Source: the human T2T-CHM13v2.0 reference genome, Homo sapiens. Taken from it: 64,000 bases of DNA. The notes beneath the pieces are model-generated. The model searched no databases. It was not told where the DNA came from and was given only the letters and a program-made list of their open reading frames with translations. This document shows positions 55,771-64,000 of this stretch, one piece after another (position 1 is the first letter of the stretch; every line of letters begins with the position of its first letter). Location of the stretch: NCBI RefSeq assembly GCF_009914755.1, contig NC_060930.1. The stretch is one strand, 5' to 3'. The position numbers and the translations under genes are program-made.

Positions 55771-57249
55771 TGGCCACTCTCATAATTCACTGGACTGGTG
55801 AGCTTCATTCAGCCTTTTGCCCACATTATACCACTCCATGAAGACATCCTTGCTATTTTTGTCTTTCTATCTCTCTCCTGTCCGGGTCACCGCAGGTGGC
55901 TCTGTCCACCATCCCAGCTGAGACCCCTCTCTGACACCCCCGCCCCCAACCCATCACTGCAGCCTCCCTTGTGAAGCTCTGAGTCAGCAGCTCTAAGTCC
56001 TCATTGATTTTCTTTCCTTTGTGGTCATCCTTACTTTTCAAAGTTCCATTCCTCAGGGATTAGCCATCAATGCAGGGCATACAGGGTGTCCCTCTGAGTC
56101 TGACCAATAGCCAGGACTCCACAATTTAAGTTTATAATCCTCATTCCCTTCTCCTGGTGAATCAAAAATACTTAAGACCAGGAGTGATATTCCACATAGT
56201 CAATAACAAGTAGGACAGGGCCTGGCAAGGCATTGAGTGCTGGGGCAGGGTCTTGGCTCCCAGTGTGCCAGGTTAGCCTTTGTTGCAGAGTGGTATGAGG
56301 TCTGAGAGATGGCAGGAGGGGCAGGGAACATTCAGGACTCAGGGCAATGGCTGCTTCCTAACCAGCACAGAAGCACTGAATATTTTAACAATTGGTAAGC
56401 CCATCCCAGACTCGGTCCCCTGAATACATGCCTTGCTTAAGGCCACAATTACAACTTAAAACACACCACTCTCACTTCCTGCCTGAGAGCTTGACCGTAG
56501 ATTCACAGCCGTGGACTCCTCTAGCAATAATTATCAGAAGAAGCTACTTTTTCTCATTTGTCAGTGAGTCAATACTCATCAGTACAACCATCATAGAAGT
56601 AGCAGAAGTCCTCTTCCTAAAATCATCTTTGCCATGAAGGAAAATGCATGCGTGGATGGAATCCATCCTTTTAATTGTTCAGAGATGATTTGCATGAGTG
56701 AACCACCCCAACTGCTCCTTTTAGCATTGAACATTCAGATCATGTTTGCAGTCACTGAAACAACACCACACAGGCCTGATGAGAGATCAGACAACCAGTA
56801 TAATCTCTGAAGCTAGCAGAAGTTATCTGTGACCCTAACGAGCAGAACCTGTGTGAAGGAGGGAGCCCACCTCCAGGTTCATCTGCCTTCATGCTTCTCA
56901 TTAAATCTGAAACCACAGTCACTTCCTGAAAAACTCCTGAGTCCAGGTGGTTCTCACTAAACCGCCAGCCACTGCTAATGATTGTTCCCTTTGCTGGCAT
57001 ATAGCACAAGGCACGGTGTGGACAGTGGCAAGGGGATGTGGGTGTGGAGAAAGGGGTCAAGTTTGGGAGGCATTCCCCCTGCTTCTTCTCAAAAGCCCTG
57101 GACCCCTGAACCTCTCTCATCAGAGAATTCATTCAACTCACGTTGCCTAAGAGCACAAAGGCAAATGAGGCACCGTCACTCCACATGTATCTGGCTTTTT
57201 CACTTGTTTGTTTGTTGTGCTACCTTGTCAGCTAAAAAATGTTGGTGGA

Positions 57250-57372
57250 GGCCAGGCACAGTGGCTCACACCTGTAATCCCAGCACTTTGGGAGGCCAAG
57301 GCGGGAGGATCACTTAAGTCCAGGAGTTTGAGACCAGCCTGGGCAACTTAGCAAGACCCTGTCTCCACAAAA

Positions 57373-57415
<43 letters not shown>

Positions 57416-57628
57416 ATACAAATAAAAAAATTAGTCAGGTGGGTGTGGTGATACACCCCTCTAGTCCCAGCCACTGAGGAGGCTGAGGCAGGAGGATCAC
57501 TTGAGCCCAGGAGGTTGAGGCTGCAGTGAGCCAAGATCATCACACCACTGTACTGTAGCCTGGGTAACAGTGAGACCCCATATCTAAAAATAAAAGAAAA
57601 AGAAAGAAAGAAAGAAAGAAAGAAAAAG
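57250..57628 (+). mobile_element. AluJ with (TAAA)n expansion in the central linker and (GAAA)n tail
   Basis: J diagnostics ggaggatcactt(a/g)ag and gaggctgcagtgag; decayed TSD aaaaatgttggtgga / aaaaatttgatgga. Confidence 0.95.
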
Positions 57629-58084
57629 AAAAATTTGATGGAGACTTCTGGTTTACAGTCGTAGACTAGACACACATATTTGTCTGCCATCCCTCTTGAG
57701 AGAGCCTCTCTCCACCAAAATATAAACATGCCAAAGCCTCCCCAACAAACCCAGAGACCACCAGCAAGGTTTTGTATTAGACTCGCAGAGCAAAGGAGGG
57801 AACCACATCACAGAGGCTACTTACAGAGGAGAGCTCGGTGCCTTAGGGTGGAAGTTAGAAGGTATGATCTAAGCAGGGATTGGTCAGAATTTAGAAATTA
57901 GGCAGTTGCTGGAACCATCAGTGGTCTTAGGTGAGTCCGCAGGGGTTTACTATTAATACAGTAACTATAAACACATGAGTTTGAGCTTACATGACCTTAC
58001 CTGTCACGGGTTTGGTGCAGTTCAGCTGTTTTGCAAGACATAGTACTACCATTTATTGCCAATAGTGTCTTCTGTTTTTCAAAT

Positions 58085-58324
58085 ACAAAGAGAAATAAAT
58101 CCATAATGGGAGAGAACAGAAATGCAGAGCCTCGGCGAATGAGAAACTGCAGCAAATTTCTGGAAAACAAAATACAAATGACAGTGGTTTAATAGATGAA
58201 ATAGGTATAAAATGGACAATCTAGACTATCTTGTGAGAGATTTGTGAGGAGGGGCCACCTTTGTGTGTGACTAGACGTCTGACAGTAAGAACTACTGTGT
58301 CGTGGAGTGCTGCCTGGGCCCACA
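58085..58324 (+). mobile_element. HAL1-like 5' fragment
   Basis: Loosely homologous to 17420-17525 (atccat...gagaa...cagcaaatttctgga). Confidence 0.5.
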
Positions 58325-58334
58325 CTCTGGACTG

Positions 58335-58510
58335 CGTGCTTTTCTTATTTAATAGCATTTAATCCTTGAAATGACTTCAGGCAGTAGATATTACTATTCA
58401 TAGTTTACAGATTAAGAATTGGAGACTCAGAAAAATTCAATAATTGCCTACTTTTTCACAGGTAGCAAGAATCAGAGCCTGGGTTCAATTCATATCTCTG
58501 GTTCACTATC
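58335..58510 (-). mobile_element. MIR
   Basis: catttaatcctt...tttacagattaagaattggagactcagaaa...agagcctgggttcaa. Confidence 0.7.
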
Positions 58511-59245
58511 ATATTCCTAGTATTTAGTTCAGTACCTGGCACATGACCAACACCACCCCAGCCCCACCCCACACACACACACGGAGTGGTGGGTGGATGG
58601 AAGATTGGATGGGTACATGGCTGGATGAATGGAGGGATGATTGGACCAACCCGAACCCAAATGACACCAAAACCACACCACCACACTGCCTCCCCAGGGT
58701 TCTAAAATACCATGTAAGGCAGGCTACAAATGATTTCTACAGATATTGGTTAAAGCCAGAGGGGGGCAGAGACTATGGATCTCAGAAAGCAAAATCCAGC
58801 CTTAGTGTGAGGAACTGGTGGGCAACAGAGATGTTGGACACCAGAAATTGTGGTCAGACAAGAGAATGTTAGGAAACCAGACCAAAGAGTCAGAGCAAAA
58901 AGCCAAAAATTAAGAGCAGTCCTAAGTGGCAGTCATGGGGCACCATCCCCGCACAGAAACAGAGCCTGCTATTACCCTGTGCTTGGATTGAGCCAAAAGG
59001 CCAAGAAGCAGTGAAGTGTGATGTGGAGCCAGAAGCTCGGAAAGCCAGGTGCTTTCTATATTTATTCATGTATTTATACCCTGTCTGGTTCCAAGAAGAA
59101 CAAAAGGCACCTTTACAAGGACACAGAAAGTACAAGGTAACATAAATAAGAGCTAAGTGAGAAAGGATAAGGCAAGTAATAAAAACTGGGTCAGAAGAAA
59201 CCAGAAATAATACAAACACGCATATCTTCAAATCCTGTGCACTGG

Positions 59246-59583
59246 TGTATTAGTCCGTTTACACACTGCTATAAAGAACTTCCCTGAGACTGGGTAATTT
59301 GTAAAGGAAAGAGGTTTAATTGACTCACACAGTTCAGCATGGCTGGGGAGGCCTCAAGAAAATTACAATCGTGGCAGAAGGGGAAGCAGGCACCTTCTTC
59401 ACAAGGTGGCAGGAGAGGGAGGGAGTGAAGAGGGAAAAGCCCCTTATAAAACCATCAGATCTCCTGAGAACCCACTCACTATCACCAAACTGCCTCCATG
59501 ATCCAATCACCTCCCTCCCTCAACTCGAGGGGATTACAATTCGAGATGAAATTTGGGTGGAGACACAGAGCCAAGCCATATCA
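59246..59583 (-). mobile_element. THE1-type solo LTR
   Basis: tgtattagtccgtt...ccaagccatatca; perfect 5-bp TSD actgg at 59241-59245 and 59584-59588. Confidence 0.94.
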
Positions 59584-59636
59584 ACTGGCTATGAGAGAAA
59601 CATGCATCTGCCTGTAATCTTTCTAAAGGTCAGTAT

Positions 59637-59665
<29 letters not shown>
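59637..59665. repeat. (CA)n microsatellite
   Basis: Seen directly. Confidence 0.95.
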
Positions 59666-59668
<3 letters not shown>

Positions 59669-60139
59669 ACCTGATGAGTCACAAAATCCACCTTCCCTGT
59701 GACACAGAAACAAATCAATTGCTCAAGAGAAGCAGAGTTCTTCTGATACTAAAACCAGACAAGAGACTATCCCTTGGTTCTTCATTATAAAAACACTCTG
59801 GGCACCCTCAGAAACATCCTTGTGAAAATTCTCTCCACAAGCGGCTCACCATCCCAGGCCTGGCTCTGGTCTCAGGCATACAGTTCTTTCCTGACTGGAG
59901 GAGCAGAACAAGGCAAAAACCCAGGCCATGCAGACAGGTGGTACTGAGGACAGCCAAGATCACTTTCCCCTGTGAGGGGCCAAGTCTCTCCTGTCCATAT
60001 GACTAAATCAGCTTTTTCCAATTACCCTGGTGCGTTTTGACTGCCAACAGTTACAAGGAGAGGAGGTGAGAAAAATAAGAAAAGGACAAAAACCATAAGA
60101 AAGAGATGGAGTGTTCATTTATTAGCAGGTGGGGCATGT

Positions 60140-60408
60140 CAGCAGAGAATGGGATTAATGCCCTTATGAAAGAGTCTTCAGAGAGCTGTCCAGCCCTTTG
60201 ACTCCTTTTTCTATGTATGCACATAGCATTCCTTCCCTCTACCAGGTAAGGATGTAACAACAGGCACCATGTTGGAAGCAGAGAGCAAGCCCTTACCAGA
60301 TGCCAAATCTGCCAACACCAACCTCTAGAACTGTAAAAATTAATTCTGTTATTTATAAATTTTCTGGCTTAAGGTATTTTGTTATAGCAGCAGGAGCAGT
60401 GTAATATA
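60140..60408 (+). mobile_element. MST (MSTD-like) LTR, 5'-truncated
   Basis: aatgggattaatgcccttatgaaagag...caggcaccatgttggaagcagagagc...ggtattttgttatagcagca. Confidence 0.8.
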
Positions 60409-61224
60409 CCACCAAGGGCAGGCAGCATCTTTATCTTTGCATCCACCATCGATTATCAAAATGCCTTGCACCTAGTAACATTCAATTATTGTTCATTTCA
60501 AATCTTCTGTGATTTTCAATGATCTGTTATGATTCAAGAAATGTGACATCTGATATTTATTCAATTTTCATCATCAAAATCTAGATTTTTATAAATCTCA
60601 TCCTGAAACATCTATAGTGAGGTTGTCAAAGATAATGCATGGGTAATAGGAAGCTAGTCCTGTGGTAATGGTCACAGCATGAACCATAAGTCTCTGGGTA
60701 TCATGGATACTTTTTGTAAGGTCTGACTCAGAACATTAAGAACCATTTCTTAGAGAAAATGCAGGAGCTATACTTAAAATCTTTGGGGAAAAGAGAAACA
60801 ATGGCTCTTAAGCATTGAAACAAGTTTCTCAGTACTTTTCTTGAGGAAACTCAGAGATCCTCATTTGATTTCAGTTTTAATCTATTTCTGGATCCATGTA
60901 GAAAACCAAATTTGCTAATAAGGAGAATTATCATCATGTTATTTTTAATCTTTTGGCAGTAAAATTTTCCTGACTAATTAATTATTTCCAGCTCAACTAG
61001 GCCTTCCACCTAAGACTCTCCAGCGCCCTGCTCTGTCAGCTTCTCTTTACTCTGTTTCACCTCAAAACCCAGGGAGCAGAAAGAAAGCTATAGGGTCCCT
61101 TCAGCTATGAAATTCTTCTCAGAGAGAAGGTGTAAAGCCTGAAGCTAAGGCGAACTCCTAGAGGGCATGGAGTAACTTACCACTTATGTATTATATTACC
61201 ATATATATATATATATATATATGG

Positions 61225-61830
61225 TATAATGTAGCAGATATGTTACAAACCCAACAATATGATATCACAGTTATTGTTTTAAGAAATAACATTTTTTTAA
61301 ATTAAGAGATGAAAAGAGGAAAAAAATATACTTCCAGTCTTTTATATTTACCCACATATTTAACATTGTTGGTGTTCTTCATTTTTTCCTATGGACTTGA
61401 ATTACCATCTGGTGGAATTTCATTTCAGCCTAACTAACTTTCTGACTTTCTTCAGTATTTTTTGTAGGGCACATATTCTAAAAACATATTCTTTTATTTT
61501 TTGTTTATCTGGGAATGTATTTGATATCTTGAAAACAAAATACAAATGAGAGTGGTTGATGGATGAAACAGGTAGAAAATGGACAACCTAGAACATCCTG
61601 TGAGAGAGTTGTAAGGAGAGGCCACCTTTGTATGTGACCAGACATCTAACAGTAAGAACTACTGTGTCATGGAGTGCAACCTGGGCACACATGTTATGTC
61701 ATCTTGATTTTTGAGAGGTAGTTTTGCTTGATATAGAACTTCTAGTTGACAGTTTTTTTTTTTCTTTCAGCACTTTGAATATATCATTGCCTTCTGGTCT
61801 CCATTTTTTTCCAATGAAAACTCAATTCTA
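61225..61830 (-). mobile_element. L1MC/MD fragment carrying a foreign ~160-bp insert
   Basis: ttttgtttatctgggaatgt [61531-61691] gatttttgagaggtagttttgcttgatatagaacttctagttgacag. Confidence 0.75.
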
Positions 61831-62346
61831 ATGCTTTTCATTTTGTATTCTTGTGCTCTTCCTGTTCTAATCTTTGCATTTTCAGATACATGCATCTTGT
61901 TTCCATAGTTTCTTCTCATTAGTAGAGAAAAACTTATTTGGTCCACATATAGGATAAATATAGTGTTATTTACTTTCAGATTTTGGAAAGGTTTCTGGTA
62001 TCACTGTTGTTGTTGCTTATTTAACTTTTGCTCTGTTTGTATGACTTCATAAGGTGAGTGACTGAGTCCAGGTTTATTCTCCTCTAAAGTCATGACTTCT
62101 TGCCCTGATGCTACGTCAAGTCTATGAACCATCCAGTTTAACTAAAATGGGAATGAGACAGAGCTGAAGCACTGAGGACCTGCAGAACCCAGACAATCAG
62201 GTGGCATTAGGAGGGTCCAGAAAAAGGTGAAAAGATGAATGACAGATAGGTAGGCCCATCATCAGTGGTCCCTGGGGCAGGCAACATTCAGAAACATGAG
62301 CAGAAAGATAATCAGCATGAAAGATGCCTATGATCAGGTTAGCAAC

Positions 62347-62800
62347 TGATATGGTTTGAGTTTGTCACCACCAAAGCTCATGTTGAAATCTGATCCCTAA
62401 TGTGGTGGTACTGATAAGTGGAGCCTAATGGGAAGTGTTTGGGTTATAGGGGCAGATCCCTCCTGAATGGCCTGGTAGTGCACACCAATTTTTGTGGTAG
62501 TTAGTTCTTGCTCTGGTGAGACTGGATTTGTTCTTTTGGGAATGAGTCAGCACCCAAAGAGTGGATTGTTATAAAGCTGTGGTGCCCCTCTGGTTTGCCT
62601 CTTTGCATGTGCCCACTTCCCCTTTGACCTTACGCCATGTTCTGATGCAGCATGAATGCCCTCACCAGAAGCTAAGCAGTTGCTGGTGCCATGTTTCTTG
62701 AACTCACCAGCCTGCAGAACCATAATCTAAATAAACCCCTTTTCTTTATAAACTACCTAGTCTCAGGTACTCTATTATAGCAACACAAAACATTAAGACA
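62347..62800 (+). mobile_element. MSTB-type solo LTR
   Basis: tgatatggtttg...ctcatgttgaaatctgatccc...aaataaacccctt...taagaca. Confidence 0.9.
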
Positions 62801-62834
62801 CCCAGCTAAGTACCTGGGATCAAAGCAGAATTCT

Positions 62835-63105
62835 AGTGTGACACAGTGGAAAGGCCCTTGCCCTTGGTGTGAGGAAAGCATGGCTTCCTCCTGCTTATGT
62901 GATCTTAAGCAAGTTATTGACCTCTCTGAGCCTTATTTTCTTACTTATAAAATAGGGCTAATAATGACTATTGTGGCAGGGCTAGAATTATATATAAGGA
63001 CTAGAATTGTAAGGACTAGAATTATATATAAAATATGTGGTGCACTACGTGGGACATGGGACATAGGAGTTATTTAATAAATGGTAACTGCTTATATTAT
63101 TATAA
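62835..63105 (+). mobile_element. MIR
   Basis: atgtgatcttaagcaagttattgacctctctgagccttattttcttacttataaaatagggctaataat...aataaatggtaactgcttatta. Confidence 0.8.
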
Positions 63106-63404
63106 ATGCAGGAGCTGATCATTTAAGCACAGCCTCACTCCTAAATAATCTGTCAAAGCATAGGTGCAGGTACTGGATGAACAAGGTAGATTCAGTTATT
63201 AGTTATTACTCAGAACCAAGATAAGATTCCATTTGCCTGCATGGGAACAAAGATCAGAGCTGGAGTGTGTTTAGAAGTCACCTAAATATTGTACTAGAAT
63301 TCCTCATATTCCCATTTGAAGCATCTGATGACTCTGATACCAAAGGAGCATCATTTAAGTTTGTGAAGTTCTTTTTCCACAATGCAGTCAATGAGTTAAC
63401 ACTG

Positions 63405-63835
63405 TTCTAGTTCCCTTGGCTCAGTAACAAATTACTCCAAAACATACAGGCTTAAAACAATGACAATGACATTTGCTTTGCTTGCAAATCTTTAATTTAG
63501 GAAGGGCTTAGCAGCATGGCTGGTCTGTGCACCACTCAGTTTCAGCTAAGGTGAAGGCTAGGACTGCAATCAACTGTGAGAGACTCCTTCACCCACATGA
63601 TGCTGGCTGCTAGCTGAGACTTTCAGGACTGTCGGCTAGAACACCTAACTCACGGCCTCTCCATGTGACCTGGTCCTGACCCTGGACCTTGTCATATTAT
63701 GACTGTCTAAGAATGAATAGTGAGAGAAAGAATCACTGGGAGGAAGCATAAAGTCCTATCCATGAAGGGGGAGCATCAACATTACAATTTTAAAAGAGCA
63801 TATTGGCTGAGATATAGCAATAGGGCCATCTTTCT
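63405..63835 (-). mobile_element. MLT1H-like LTR
   Basis: gtaacaaattactccaaaacatacaggcttaaaacaat...atgctggctgctagctgagac...ggcctctccatgtgacctgg. Confidence 0.7.
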
Positions 63836-63905
63836 ATTTATTCTATTTATCATTCACTTCTAGGCAAAATAAATTCGCCACTCAGCTTTTAAAAAAACTT
63901 TTTCA

Positions 63906-64000
63906 GGCTGGATGTGGTGGCTCCCACCTGTAATCCCAGCACTTTGGGAGGCCAAGTCAGGCAGATCACCTGAGGTCAGGAGTTCATGACCAGCCTGGCC
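63906..64000 (+). mobile_element. Alu left arm, cut by the window end
   Basis: ggctggatgtggtggctcccacctgtaatcccagcactttgggagg. Confidence 0.95.

Noticed and set aside
56777-56810. tgatga...ctga pair resembling snoRNA C/D boxes
   Set aside because: Only ~35 nt apart, imperfect C box and no convincing terminal stem.
59320-59790. 156-aa ORF
   Set aside because: It runs through an antisense THE1 LTR and a (CA)n repeat (THTHTH); a chance open frame.

Overview
Primate (human-like) genomic DNA, most likely intergenic or deep intronic. It is dominated by nested transposable elements. These include about 9 Alus (J, S and Y types), L1 fragments from old L1ME/MD/MB to a young L1PA2-type insert, HAL1, L2, L3/CR1, MIR, and MaLR/ERV LTRs (a complete MSTA provirus nested in MER21 nested in MLT1C). 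There are also hAT and Tigger DNA-transposon fossils. I found no supportable host protein-coding gene, tRNA, rRNA or CRISPR array. The only recognisable protein ORFs are L1 ORF2 C-terminal fragments, and the rest of the ORF track is chance or repeat-derived. I did not find a new biological system. The most interesting signals are: (1) a colinear, near-complete fossil RTE-clade LINE (endonuclease to RT to C-terminus) at about 10.8-15.9 kb; (2) two apparent local templated copies without retrotransposition hallmarks, an Alu right arm with a shared private deletion and a ~160-bp segment copied 3.4 kb away into an L1; (3) an old 5'-inverted L1 with a hairpin filler at the inversion junction; (4) a 52-bp hairpin plus A-tail insertion with a target-site duplication (TSD); (5) a palindrome-rich repeat-free block that may be an enhancer. 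Repeat subfamily names come from recalled consensus sequences read by eye, not from a database search.
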